Of a stretch of DNA of 64,000 nt, positions 25,099-36,047 are shown in pieces. The DNA is from Verrucomicrobiia bacterium. Lineage in GTDB: Bacteria; Methylomirabilota; Methylomirabilia; Rokubacteriales; CSP1-6. Position numbers and translations under genes: made by a program. The stretch covers positions 149,366 to 213,365 of the forward strand of contig DATJFY010000047.1 of assembly GCA_035495415.1 (NCBI GenBank). Reading direction: 5' to 3'. Each line of letters opens with the position of its first letter. Position 1 is the first letter of the stretch. Below the pieces are notes generated by a model. That model saw only the letters and a program-made list of their open reading frames with translations, was not told the DNA's origin and did no database searches.

Positions 25099-27469
25099 GG
25101 GGCCGGCGCGGATCCCCGAGGGCGACAGCTACATCGGGCGGAGCATCGTGCGTCCCCAAGCGGCGCGCCTCCTCGCCGGACGGGGGCAGTTCACCGACGA
25201 TGTTCGCCTCCCGCGCATGCTGCACGCGGCCTTCCTGCGTTGCCCTCACGCCCATGCCCGGGTGATGTCCGTGGACGCGCGCGCCGCGCTCGCCCTCCCC
25301 GGGGTCGTCCGCGTGATCGCCGGCGAGGAGATGGCGGGCCTCTGCGCGGGCTGGGTGGGTACGCTCGCGCATTTTGCCGGTATGAAGTCGGCGCGGCAGC
25401 ATCCGCTCGCCCGCGGGCGGGCGACCTGGCAGGGGGAGCCGGTGGTGGCGGTGGTGGCGGAGAGCCGCGCCGTGGCCGAGGACGGGGTGGCGCGTCTGGT
25501 GGTGGAATGGGCGCCGCTGCCCGCCGTCACCGATCCCGAGACCGCGCTGGCCCCGGGCACCCCGGTGATCCATCCCGAGCTCGGCGACAACCTGGCGTTC
25601 TCGCTCGAGCTCCAGTCCGGCGATCCCGAAGGCGCCTTCGCGGGCGCTGATCACGTCTACCGGGATACCTTCTGGATGGGCCGCCACACCGGCGTCACGC
25701 TCGAGCCGCGCGCGATCATCGCCGATTTCGATCCCACCGAGCGCCGGCTCACCGTCTATCACTCGTTCCAGGCGCCGAACATGATGCAGGACATCCTCGC
25801 CCGCCATCTGACACTGCCTGAGGAGAGCGTACGGGTGATCTGCAAGGACGTGGGCGGCTCCTTCGGGATCAAGGTCCACATCTATCCCGACGAGATGGCG
25901 ACGTGCGCGCTGGCCGTGCTGCTGGGGCGGCCGGTGAAGTTCGTCGCCGACCGCCTCGAATCCTTCCAGTCGGACATTCATGCGCGAGAACATCGCGTCA
26001 CCGCCGAGGTTGCGGTGCGGCGCGACGGGACCATGCTCGGCATGCGGATCGATGACCTCACCGGCATCGGTCCCTACTCGGTGTACCCGCGAACCAGCGC
26101 GGTGGAGGGGAACCAGACGGTCCGGCTCACCCCGGGCGTCTACCGTTTTGCCGACTACGCGGCCCGGCTCCGCGTGGTGTTCCAGAACAAGACGCCCATG
26201 TGCCAGTACCGCGCGGTCGGGCACCCGATCGCCTTCGCCGTGATGGAAGGCATGGTGGACCGGGTGGCGCGGGAGCTCGGGCTCGATCCCGTCGAGGTCC
26301 GACGCCGGAACTACGTCACCGCCGAGATGTACCCCCATACGTCGCAGACCGGCTACTTCTTCGAGCGCCTGTCCCACGAGGAGTGCCTGGAGCGCCTGCT
26401 CGCGCTCTCGAGCTATCGGGCGCTCTGCTCCGAGCGTGATGCCTTGCGCGCCCGCGGCATCTACCGCGGCCTGGGACTCTGCGCCTTCATCGAGCTGACC
26501 ACGCCCGGGCCGGCCTTCTACGGCGTGGGCGGGGCCCGGATCTCCTCGCAGGACGGGTGCACGCTGAAGCTCGAGCCCAGCGGCGCCGTGACCTGCACCA
26601 CCGGCGTCACCGAGCAGGGGCAGGGGACGGACGCGATGCTCGCGCAGGTGGTCGCCACGGCGGTAGGCGTGCCGATCGAGCGGGTGCGCGTGCTCACCGG
26701 CGACACGCTGGTCTCACCGTACGGCGGCGGGACCTGGGCGTCGCGCGGCGCGGGGATCGGCGGCGAGGCCGCGCTCCAGTCGGGCAAGGCGCTCAAAGGC
26801 AACATTCTGCGCGTCGCCGGCGCCATGCTCCAGTGCGAGCCCGACGAGCTCGATCTCCGTCGCGGCAAGGTGGTCGATGCGGTGAGCGGCGCGGTACGGC
26901 TGGATCTGGCAGAGCTGGGGCGCGTCGCCTACTTCCGACCCGATACCCTCCCCAAGGACTTTCAGCCCGAGCTGACGGTGACGAGGCACTACGTGCCGCG
27001 CCACCAGGGCTTCGCCTTCACCAATGGGATCCAGCTCTCCCACGTCGAGGTCGATGTCGCCACCGGCTTCGTGCGGCTGCTGGGCCACTGGGTGGTGGAG
27101 GACTGCGGCCGCATCATCAACCCGCGCCTCGTCGACGAGCAGCTCCGCGGCGCGATCGTGCAGGGAATCGGCGCCGCGCTCTTCGAGCACTGCGTGTACG
27201 ACGACGCCGGCCAGCTGCTCACCGGCACGATGGCCGATTACCTCGTGCCGATGGCCGCCGAGATGCCGGACATCGTCGTGGGACACGTCGAGACACCGAC
27301 CGCGTTCGCCGAGGGCGGGTTCAAGGGCGCGGGAGAAGCGGGCACCGCGGGCGCGCCGGGCGCGGTGCTCAACGCGGTCAACGACGCGCTCGCGCCGCTC
27401 GGCGCGCGGGTCACGCGCCAGCCCATCACGCCGGAGGTGGTGCTGCGCGCGCTGGGAACCCTCCCATAA
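25091..27469 (+). CDS. molybdopterin-binding large subunit (CoxL/aldehyde oxidase-like)
   Basis: C-terminal part of ORF 24980..27469, starting at GTG 25091 (8-nt overlap with the small-subunit gene). Motifs GRGQFTDDV, VGGSFGIK and GAGEAGTAGAPGAVLNAV are present. The active-site loop region reads NKTPMCQYRAVGHP (26201-26224). Confidence 0.9.
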   Translation: MAEGPARIPEGDSYIGRSIVRPQAARLLAGRGQFTDDVRLPRMLHAAFLRCPHAHARVMSVDARAALALPGVVRVIAGEEMAGLCAGWVGTLAHFAGMKSARQHPLARGRATWQGEPVVAVVAESRAVAEDGVARLVVEWAPLPAVTDPETALAPGTPVIHPELGDNLAFSLELQSGDPEGAFAGADHVYRDTFWMGRHTGVTLEPRAIIADFDPTERRLTVYHSFQAPNMMQDILARHLTLPEESVRVICKDVGGSFGIKVHIYPDEMATCALAVLLGRPVKFVADRLESFQSDIHAREHRVTAEVAVRRDGTMLGMRIDDLTGIGPYSVYPRTSAVEGNQTVRLTPGVYRFADYAARLRVVFQNKTPMCQYRAVGHPIAFAVMEGMVDRVARELGLDPVEVRRRNYVTAEMYPHTSQTGYFFERLSHEECLERLLALSSYRALCSERDALRARGIYRGLGLCAFIELTTPGPAFYGVGGARISSQDGCTLKLEPSGAVTCTTGVTEQGQGTDAMLAQVVATAVGVPIERVRVLTGDTLVSPYGGGTWASRGAGIGGEAALQSGKALKGNILRVAGAMLQCEPDELDLRRGKVVDAVSGAVRLDLAELGRVAYFRPDTLPKDFQPELTVTRHYVPRHQGFAFTNGIQLSHVEVDVATGFVRLLGHWVVEDCGRIINPRLVDEQLRGAIVQGIGAALFEHCVYDDAGQLLTGTMADYLVPMAAEMPDIVVGHVETPTAFAEGGFKGAGEAGTAGAPGAVLNAVNDALAPLGARVTRQPITPEVVLRALGTLP

Positions 27470-27470
27470 C

Positions 27471-27500
27471 TTGACACATGCCGGGCAGGGCCTCGATAGT
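27471..27500 (+). promoter_or_regulatory. candidate promoter (TTGACA-18-GATAGT) predicting a leaderless DUF898 mRNA
   Basis: -35 at 27471-27476 (2 nt after the upstream stop), an 18-nt spacer, and -10 at 27495-27500. The ATG at 27507 is the 7th nt after the -10 box. Confidence 0.4.
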
Positions 27501-27506
27501 CTGGAC

Positions 27507-28682
27507 ATGGAGGGGCCAGCGCAGGAGGGACCGAGGAGCCAGCCCTCGTTCTTCCGCAGGCCGCCCGCGCCGACCTCCTCCGGATCCGTGCCGCCGTCGC
27601 CTCCCGTCGTGACGCCGCCGCCGGCCCTGCCCTCGTCGGGGATCACGCCGCCGCCTCCGCCGCCCCCGGTGATGGTGCCGCCGCCACCCCCACCCCCGCC
27701 CGCGCGGCGTCCGAGCGAGCCGCCGCCCCCGTACGCGGACGGCGAGACGCATCGCTTCGTCTTCCACGGGCGCGGCGGCTCGCTGTTCGGCATCCACATC
27801 GTCAACGTGCTCCTCACCATCGTCACCCTCGGCGTCTACTACTTCTGGGGCAAGACGCGGGTGCGGAAGTACGTCTGGGGACAGTCGGAGATCGCGGGCG
27901 ACCGCTTCGCGTATCACGGGACGGGACGCGAGCTCTTCCTCGGCTTCCTGAAGGCCCTGCTCGTCTTCGCGCTGCCGCTCTACCTCCTGTACCTCGTACG
28001 CGCGTTCGCGCCCTGGGTGGCCGTCAAGGTGGTCGCGGCCATCCTCAGCTACATCATCGCGAGCGTGTTCTTGCCCCTCGCCATCGTGGGCGCCCGCCGT
28101 TACCGGCTGAGCCGCAGCTCCTGGCGCGGCATCCGTTTCTCGTTCCGGGGCACGGCATGGGAGTTCGTGAAGTTCTTCATCGTCAACACGCTCCTCGTCT
28201 CCCTCACGCTCGGGCTCTGGTACCCCGTGTTCGACGTCGGTCGCCACGCGTTCCTCGTTCGCCACTCGTGGTTCGGCAACCGCAAGTTCGACTTCGACGG
28301 CTCGAGCACGGGACTCTTCGGCCGCTTCGTCCTCACCCTCGTCCTGACCCCTTTCACGCTGGGGCTCTGCTGGTTCTGGTACCTTGCGCGGAAGCGCCGC
28401 TACTTCTGGGACCACACCACCTTCGGGGCCGCCCGCTTCCGCAACACCACGCGCGGCGGCCCCCTCCTCTGGCTGATGCTCGGCAACCTGATCCTGCTCG
28501 TCGCCACGCTAGGGCTTGGCTGGCCCTGGGCGCAGGCGCGGTCGGCGCGCTTCCTAGCCCGCAATCTCTCCCTGGTGGGAACGCTCGACCTCGAGGGCAT
28601 CGAGCAGGATGCGCGGGCCGCGTCGGCCACCGGCGAGGGCCTCGCCGGGTTCCTCGACATCGGCACCCTCGACCTCGGCTAG
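27507..28682 (+). CDS. DUF898 (YjgN-like) polytopic membrane protein with a polyproline N-terminal extension
   Basis: C-terminal part of ORF 27024..28682, starting at ATG 27507. A recurrent motif TLG-aromatic-aromatic appears (LTIVTLGVYYFWGKTR, LVSLTLGLWYPVFD, LLVATLGLGWPWAQ) in the DUF898-type arrangement. The N-terminal 75 residues are Pro-rich. Confidence 0.75.
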   Translation: MEGPAQEGPRSQPSFFRRPPAPTSSGSVPPSPPVVTPPPALPSSGITPPPPPPPVMVPPPPPPPPARRPSEPPPPYADGETHRFVFHGRGGSLFGIHIVNVLLTIVTLGVYYFWGKTRVRKYVWGQSEIAGDRFAYHGTGRELFLGFLKALLVFALPLYLLYLVRAFAPWVAVKVVAAILSYIIASVFLPLAIVGARRYRLSRSSWRGIRFSFRGTAWEFVKFFIVNTLLVSLTLGLWYPVFDVGRHAFLVRHSWFGNRKFDFDGSSTGLFGRFVLTLVLTPFTLGLCWFWYLARKRRYFWDHTTFGAARFRNTTRGGPLLWLMLGNLILLVATLGLGWPWAQARSARFLARNLSLVGTLDLEGIEQDARAASATGEGLAGFLDIGTLDLG

Positions 28683-28697
28683 GCCGAGTCTTCCGCC

Positions 28698-29813
28698 ATG
28701 CGCACGGATTGGGACGGCCACTATCTCGACGGGCGCGCGCCGGTGCGACGTCGCGCGCGCGTGCGCCTCACGCGCACCGGGATCGAGATCGTCCCCGAGG
28801 GGGGCGCCGCCGCATTCTGGCCCTATGCGGAGGTGCGGCAGACGCAGGGCTGGCACGCCGGCGAGGAGGTCCGCGTCGAGCGAGGCCGGGACCTGCCCGA
28901 GTCGATCGTCATCGACGATCCCGCCTTCCTCGAGGATCTGCGCGAGATCGCGCAGGCGCCGGGGCGCCGCTTTCACGATCCGCGCCGCCGCGGGCGGCGG
29001 GTGGGCTACACGGTCGCGGCCGCGGCGGCCATCGTCGCCATCTGCGCCGGTCTCTATCTCTGGGCCATCCCCGCCGTCGCGAACGTCGTGGCGGCACGGG
29101 TTCCTGTCGCGTGGGAGCAGGATCTCGGGCGCTCGGCGATCGACAGCATGGTCCCGAAGGACAAGGTCTGCCGCGAGCCGGACGGCCAGCGGGCGCTCGA
29201 GTCGATGGTCGCCACCCTGGTCGGCGCGGGGCCACCGTCGCCGTACACCTTCCACATCCAGGTCGTCGACAGCAAGACCGTGAACGCCTTCGCGGCGCCA
29301 GGCGGCTACATCGTCGTGCTGCGCGGGCTTCTCGACGAGGCCCGTCGCCCCGAGGAGCTCGCGGGCGTGCTCGCCCACGAGATGGAGCACGTGCTGCGGC
29401 GCCACTCCACCAAGGCCATCGTGCAGCACGTCTCGACGGGCCTCCTCATCACCGCGCTCACCGGGGATGTCAGCGGGGCCATGGCCTACGGCCTCGAGAG
29501 CGCGCGGGTCCTGGGCCAGCTCCGGTACAGCCGCGCCGCGGAAGCCGAGGCCGACGAGCAGGGGATCAAGCTCATGATCGCCGCCGGGCTCGATCCCGCG
29601 GGCATGATCGAGTTCTTCGAGGGGCTCGAGCGGAAGGGAAAGGACCCTGCCGGGCTCCTCAAGTATCTGTCGAGTCATCCCGGCTCCGCCGACCGCGCCA
29701 CCCGGCTGCGTGAGCTCGCCGCCGGCGCTCCCCCGGCCAGGCGCCTCGCCCTGGAGCCGCGCGCCTGGGCGGCGGTACGCGCCATCTGCAAGAAAACAGG
29801 CACTTCCGGGTAG
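28698..29813 (+). CDS. M48 family zinc metallopeptidase with N-terminal cytoplasmic domain and TM anchor
   Basis: HEXXH motif in LAHEMEHVLRRH, with a downstream acidic segment AEAEADEQG. A TM segment (VGYTVAAAAAIVAICAGLYLWAI) follows a soluble N-domain of about 95 aa. Confidence 0.85.
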   Translation: MRTDWDGHYLDGRAPVRRRARVRLTRTGIEIVPEGGAAAFWPYAEVRQTQGWHAGEEVRVERGRDLPESIVIDDPAFLEDLREIAQAPGRRFHDPRRRGRRVGYTVAAAAAIVAICAGLYLWAIPAVANVVAARVPVAWEQDLGRSAIDSMVPKDKVCREPDGQRALESMVATLVGAGPPSPYTFHIQVVDSKTVNAFAAPGGYIVVLRGLLDEARRPEELAGVLAHEMEHVLRRHSTKAIVQHVSTGLLITALTGDVSGAMAYGLESARVLGQLRYSRAAEAEADEQGIKLMIAAGLDPAGMIEFFEGLERKGKDPAGLLKYLSSHPGSADRATRLRELAAGAPPARRLALEPRAWAAVRAICKKTGTSG

Positions 29814-29874
29814 CCCGCCCCGGGGCGCCGGCGGGTCCGGGCCGCCAGCCCGGCCGGACTCTGCTCCGATCCGC

Positions 29875-29907
29875 GACACCCGAAGTGTCACGGGTGTCAG
29901 CGTGTCA
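29875..29907 (+). promoter_or_regulatory. short-repeat array: GACAC-N5-GTGTC palindrome merging into three direct GTGTCA repeats
   Basis: GTGTCA occurs at 29885-29890, 29894-29899 and 29902-29907. GACAC at 29875-29879 is the inverted partner of the first copy. The array lies in the 223-nt gap upstream of the bactofilin gene. Confidence 0.3.
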
Positions 29908-29955
29908 GAGCATGACGTCGGGCTCGTGACCGCCTCCCGGAAGGGGAGAATTGGT

Positions 29956-29985
29956 AAGTCCTCGCGTTCCTGACGGAAGTCCTCG
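29956..29985 (+). promoter_or_regulatory. direct repeat AAGTCCTCG x2 with 21-nt period
   Basis: Perfect 9-mers at 29956-29964 and 29977-29985, about two helical turns apart and 52 nt upstream of ATG 30037. Confidence 0.3.
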
Positions 29986-30036
29986 GATCCGGGCCTGCCC
30001 GGGCCTTGGTATCCACCTTGCTGCCTTAGGGCCGCC

Positions 30037-30447
30037 ATGTGGCTCAAAGCTCGACGCCCGAACACGCCGCACCTGCGGGGCAACCTCAACGCCTTCATGG
30101 ACGAAGGCTCGGAGTTCGAGGGCCACTACACCTGTAGTGGGACCGTGATGTTCAGCGGCAAGCTCCGCGGCGAGATCGATTCCACCGATACGCTCATCGT
30201 CGGGGAGCGCGGCCGGATCCAGGGGACCGTCCGCGCGGGCTCCGTGATCGTCCATGGGGAGATCGCCGGCAACGTGATCGCGACGGACCGGGTCGAGCTC
30301 AAGGCCACCGCGCGGGTCACGGGAGACATCGAGGCGGCGGTGGTGGTGATCGAGGAAGGCGTCTTCCTCGAGGGGCACTGCCGCATGACGCGGCCCCGGC
30401 CCGCGATCGAGCCGACGAAGGTGTCGGTGGTGGCGCTTCAGTCATGA
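30037..30447 (+). CDS. bactofilin (polymer-forming cytoskeletal protein)
   Basis: Beta-helical repeat pattern FEGHYTCSGTVMFSGKLRGEIDSTDTLIVGERGRIQGTVRAGSVIVHGEIAGNVIATDRVELKATARVTGDIEAAVVVIEEGVFLEGHCRM, typical of the bactofilin (DUF583) domain. Confidence 0.85.
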   Translation: MWLKARRPNTPHLRGNLNAFMDEGSEFEGHYTCSGTVMFSGKLRGEIDSTDTLIVGERGRIQGTVRAGSVIVHGEIAGNVIATDRVELKATARVTGDIEAAVVVIEEGVFLEGHCRMTRPRPAIEPTKVSVVALQS

Positions 30448-31384
30448 ACTGGTACATCGCGCGCAAGAGCCGTGGGCGGCTGTTCCATCACCTGCTGTTC
30501 ATGCGGGCCGATGGCGGCCGGACCCGGAGTCTGCACGTCCCCCGCGTGGCGACCTGCGTGGTGGGGGCGGTCCTCGCGGTCATCACCGGGACGCTCGGCG
30601 TGGCGACCGCCGAGTACCTCACCCTCAAGCGCCAGGCGATGACGCTGGCCGCCGCGCATCGGGAGGCAGCCGAGCAGCGCGCGCTGGTGGAGTCCTTCCA
30701 GAAGCGTATCGGCGAGGTCCGCAAGGAAATCGCCACGTGGAAAGAGATCCACGCGCGCATGGCCGAGCCCTTCGGGCCCGACGGGGGTCCGCGCGTCAGC
30801 GGGGCGCTCGGCGCCACCACCACCGGCATGGGGGGGAGCACCGGGCCGCTGCACACGGATCCGGAGAGCGACAAGCCGCAGGTCTATGAGGAGGTCGAAG
30901 CCCTCGCGGCCAGCGTGCTCGAGGAAGGCCCGAAGGTGCGCGCGCTCGAGAGGGTCATCACCTCCGCGGGCAAGGCCATCCAGGCAATGCCGTCCCGGTG
31001 GCCGGTGCGCGGCGCGGTGAACTCCGAGTTCGGCCGGCGCAAGTCGCCGTGGGGCGAGGCGATCGAGCACCACAGCGGCCTCGACATCGCCGCGCAGATG
31101 GGAACGCCGGTCAAGGCGCCGGCCACCGCCACCGTGGTGTTCGCGGGACCGGGCGGTGAATACGGCAACTGCGTGATCCTCGACCACGGCAACGAGCTCA
31201 AGTCGCTGTACGGTCATCTCTCGAAGATCAATGTCCGCCAGGGACAGCGTGTCGAGCGCGGGACCATCATCGCGCTGACCGGCAACACCGGCCGCAGCAG
31301 CGGCCCACACCTCCACTACGAGGTGCACGTGAAGGGGCAGGCGGTGAATCCGCGCGCCTTCCTCTGGAACACGCCCGACCGCAG

Positions 31385-31388
<4 letters not shown>
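30444..31388 (+). CDS. M23 family metallopeptidase (LytM-type) with N-terminal TM anchor and coiled coil
   Basis: Catalytic motifs are intact: HSGLDIAA (HxxxD) and GPHLHYEVH (HxH). ATG 30444 overlaps the bactofilin stop (ATGA). Confidence 0.9.
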
Positions 31389-33225
<1,837 letters not shown>

Positions 33226-33229
<4 letters not shown>

Positions 33230-33498
33230 GCGCGCCGCCGAGCGGACGGAGGGGAAGCGATGGCGGTGACGAGCGCGTCCTTCTCCGCTCGCCGCAGGCC
33301 CTTGAGCCGCGCTTCCTCGCGGAGCGCCGCCGGCCAGGTGCGCACGCGGCGCGACCACGCGAGCGTCACCGGAAGGCGCGAGCGCGTGTAGCGCGAAGCG
33401 CGGCCTGCCGCATGCTGCGCTAGGCGGCGGTCGAGGTCCTTGGCCGAGCCCGCATAGAGCGACCCGTCACCACAGCGGAGGAGATAGACCCAGGGCAC
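33226..33498 (-). CDS. GIY-YIG nuclease family small protein (UPF0213/YhbQ-like)
   Basis: N-terminus WVYLLRCGDGSLYAGSAKDLDRRLAQH carries the GIY...YxG motifs. 90 aa. The stop overlaps the ABC-F GTG start (GTGA). Confidence 0.8.
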
Positions 33499-33510
33499 CG
33501 CGCGGGCGGC

Positions 33511-35142
33511 TCAGGCCGGCGCCTTCCAGCCCTTGAAGCGCTCGCGCAGCACCTTCTTGTCGAACTTGCCCACGCTGGTCTTGGGCACCGCCTCGATGAA
33601 TGCGACGTCGTCGGGGAGCCACCACTTCGCGACCCGCGGCGCGAGGTAGTCCAGGATCTCCTGCTTGGTGAGCCGGCCCTTCCACTCGGGCTTGGGCACC
33701 ACGCAGGCGAGGGGGCGCTCCACCCATTTGTCGTGAGGGACGGCGATCACCGCGGCCTCGAGCACCTTGGGATGGCCCATGATGGTGCTCTCCATGTCCA
33801 CGCTGGAGATCCATTCGCCGCCGGACTTGATGAGGTCCTTGGTGCGGTCGGTGATCTGCACGTACCCGTCCGGGTCGATCGACGCCACGTCGCCGGTGCG
33901 GAACCAGCCGTCCGGGGTGAACTGGGCGGCGCCGGCGGGGTTGTTGTAATAGCCGCTGGTCACCCACGGCCCGCGCACCTGGATCTCGCCCACCGCCTTG
34001 CCGTCCCAGGGCTGGACGTGGCCCGCGTCGTCCACGATGCGCATGTCCACGCCCGCGACCACCGAGCCCTGCTTGGCGCGAATGGCGTAGCGCTCATCGT
34101 CGGGCAGGCCGTCGGTGTAGGAGCGCGGGCGGCACACCGTGCCGAGCGGGCTCATCTCCGTCATGCCCCAGGCGTGGAGCATGTAGGCGCCGTACTTCTT
34201 GTCGAAGTCCTCGATGAGCGTCTGTGGCGCCGCCGAGCCACCGATGGGAATGCAGCGAATGGACGAGATGTCCCAGTGCGGCTCCTTCTCGAGAATGGCC
34301 TGGATGGCGATCCACACCGTGGGCACCGCCCCCACCAGGGTGACCTTTTCCGCATGGACGATCTCGATAATGTCCCGCGGCTGCGGGTTGGGCCCGCCGA
34401 AGATCTGGGTGGAGCCGTTCATGACGCCGGCGAACGGCACGCACCAGGCGTTGGCGTGGAACATGGGCACGATGTGCAGGATCACGTCGCGCTCGCAGAT
34501 GCCGAGCACGTCCACCGTGGACGAGGCGAAGCAGTGGAGGAAGATCCCGCGGTGGGTATAGAGCACGCCCTTGGGATGGCCAGTGGTGCCGGAGGTGTAG
34601 CACATGCCGGCGGCATCGGTCTCCTCGAGCTTGGGCCAGTCCTCGACGGGCCGGGCGTCCGCCAGCAACGCCTCGTAGTCCAGGGCGCCGCTGGGAATCT
34701 CCGCGGACGGCGAGTCCTTCATCACGATGAAGTGCTTCACCGACTTGAGATCGTTCTTGATGGGCTCCAGCAGGGGCCAGAGGCTCGCGTCCACGATGAG
34801 GACCCGATCCTCGGCGTGATTGACGATGTAGGTGATGTCCTGCGGCGAGAGCCGGATGTTCACGGTGTGGAGCACCATGCCCATGAGCGGCGCGGCGAAG
34901 TACACCTCCATGTGCCGGTGCGAGTTCCACGCGAAGGTGCCGACGCGCTCACCCTTCTTGAGCCCCAGGCGCTGGAGCGCGGCGGCAAGGCGGCAGACCC
35001 GGTCCGCGTAGTCCGCATAGGTATAGCGCTGCAGCCCCGCCCCGGGCACCCGCGTCGCGAGTGTCTTCCGATGGAAGACCTTGCGGGTCCGCTCGAAGAA
35101 ATGGGTGAGCGTCAGCGGGTAGTCCATGATGAGGCCCTTCAT
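33511..35142 (-). CDS. fatty-acid--CoA ligase (AMP-binding/ANL superfamily)
   Basis: AMP-binding motif [12 protein letters not shown] and later motifs GWFRTGD and [10 protein letters not shown]. 543 aa. Confidence 0.9.
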   Translation of the reverse strand: MKGLIMDYPLTLTHFFERTRKVFHRKTLATRVPGAGLQRYTYADYADRVCRLAAALQRLGLKKGERVGTFAWNSHRHMEVYFAAPLMGMVLHTVNIRLSPQDITYIVNHAEDRVLIVDASLWPLLEPIKNDLKSVKHFIVMKDSPSAEIPSGALDYEALLADARPVEDWPKLEETDAAGMCYTSGTTGHPKGVLYTHRGIFLHCFASSTVDVLGICERDVILHIVPMFHANAWCVPFAGVMNGSTQIFGGPNPQPRDIIEIVHAEKVTLVGAVPTVWIAIQAILEKEPHWDISSIRCIPIGGSAAPQTLIEDFDKKYGAYMLHAWGMTEMSPLGTVCRPRSYTDGLPDDERYAIRAKQGSVVAGVDMRIVDDAGHVQPWDGKAVGEIQVRGPWVTSGYYNNPAGAAQFTPDGWFRTGDVASIDPDGYVQITDRTKDLIKSGGEWISSVDMESTIMGHPKVLEAAVIAVPHDKWVERPLACVVPKPEWKGRLTKQEILDYLAPRVAKWWLPDDVAFIEAVPKTSVGKFDKKVLRERFKGWKAPA

Positions 35143-35146
35143 CGTC

Positions 35147-35968
35147 CTAGTACCCTCCCAGGTCTTCCGACGTGGCGCAGCGGAATCCGACGAAGTGATG
35201 CCCCCGGCGCACGCCGCGAGGCTCGTAGTGTCGTCTGAGCGTCACCCGCAGCGCGTCCGCGCCGTCGTCATGGGCGGCGCCCCGGACTACGCGGGTGGCG
35301 TTCGGCTCGGACCCCTCGCGTCCGTCGTCGGCGCGATACGGGTACGACCGGTACTGGCTGGACGTCCACTCGCGCAGATTGCCCACGAGATCGTGAACGT
35401 TCAGCGGGCTCGCGCCGGCCGGCCGGTCGCCGGTGGGCTCGGTGCCATTGTACGCCCGCCCGTACACCGCCCGCGCCGGGGTGGGGGGCTCGTCGCCCCA
35501 CGGATAGCGGCGTCCGTCGTCGCCGCGCGCGGCCTTCTCCCATTCCGCCTCGGTGGGCAGGCGCAGGCCGCGCCAGTGGCAGTAGCCGCGCGCGCCGTAC
35601 CAGGTCACCTCCACCGCCGGATGCTCCGCGAAGCCGGGGTCGGCCTGCCAGCGAGGGTGCTCGCCCGCGCGCTGCGTCCGGTGGATGCGCGCATCCGCGT
35701 CATCCCAGTCGAAGTAGTCCTCGCCCTCCGGGCTCTTGAGCCCCTGGGCGTCGAGGAACTGCGCGAACTCGCGGTTGGTCACCTTGTGCCGATCGATCCA
35801 GAACGGGCCCAGATAGAGGCGATGCGCGGGCGCCTCATCGGACGCGTCCCGATCGCTGCCCATGGTGAACGGCCCGCGGTTCACGAGCATCATGCCGTCC
35901 GCGCCGGCGGGCGGCGCCCCGGCGGCGAGCACGGCGAGCATCGCGGCGACGCAGACGCGGACGCTCAT
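35147..35968 (-). CDS. formylglycine-generating enzyme (SUMF1/EgtB/PvdO) family protein, secreted
   Basis: ORF 35147..36103 with an internal ATG at 35968 giving the signal peptide MSVRVCVAAMLAVLAAGAPPAGA. Family segments are present: HRLYLGPFWIDRHKVTNREF, YCHWRGLRLPTEAEWEKAARG, GNLREWT and VGFRCA. Confidence 0.85.
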   Translation of the reverse strand: MSVRVCVAAMLAVLAAGAPPAGADGMMLVNRGPFTMGSDRDASDEAPAHRLYLGPFWIDRHKVTNREFAQFLDAQGLKSPEGEDYFDWDDADARIHRTQRAGEHPRWQADPGFAEHPAVEVTWYGARGYCHWRGLRLPTEAEWEKAARGDDGRRYPWGDEPPTPARAVYGRAYNGTEPTGDRPAGASPLNVHDLVGNLREWTSSQYRSYPYRADDGREGSEPNATRVVRGAAHDDGADALRVTLRRHYEPRGVRRGHHFVGFRCATSEDLGGY

Positions 35969-35995
35969 GTCTTTCGCCGCGCGCGCGGCGTGGCT

Positions 35996-36025
35996 AGGAT
36001 AGTTGCCGCACGTCCCGCCTGTCAA
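35996..36025 (-). promoter_or_regulatory. candidate promoter (TTGACA-18-TATCCT) for the FGE-like / CoA ligase / GIY-YIG / ABC-F operon
   Basis: On the minus strand: -35 at 36025-36020, an 18-nt spacer, and -10 at 36001-35996, 27 nt before ATG 35968. Confidence 0.35.
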
Positions 36026-36047
36026 CGCAGCGCCAGGAGGCTCATTC

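Noticed and set aside
27720-27731. The PPPY motif in the DUF898 N-terminus as a WW-domain ligand.
   Set aside because: PPxY-WW recognition is a eukaryotic system. In a Pro-rich tract the motif is expected by chance.
29814-29860. GC palindromes (CGCCCCGGGGCG and GGCGG-N7-CCGCC) just after the M48 stop, considered as a terminator.
   Set aside because: The stems are short with tiny loops, and no U-tract follows. This is common sequence in such GC-rich DNA.
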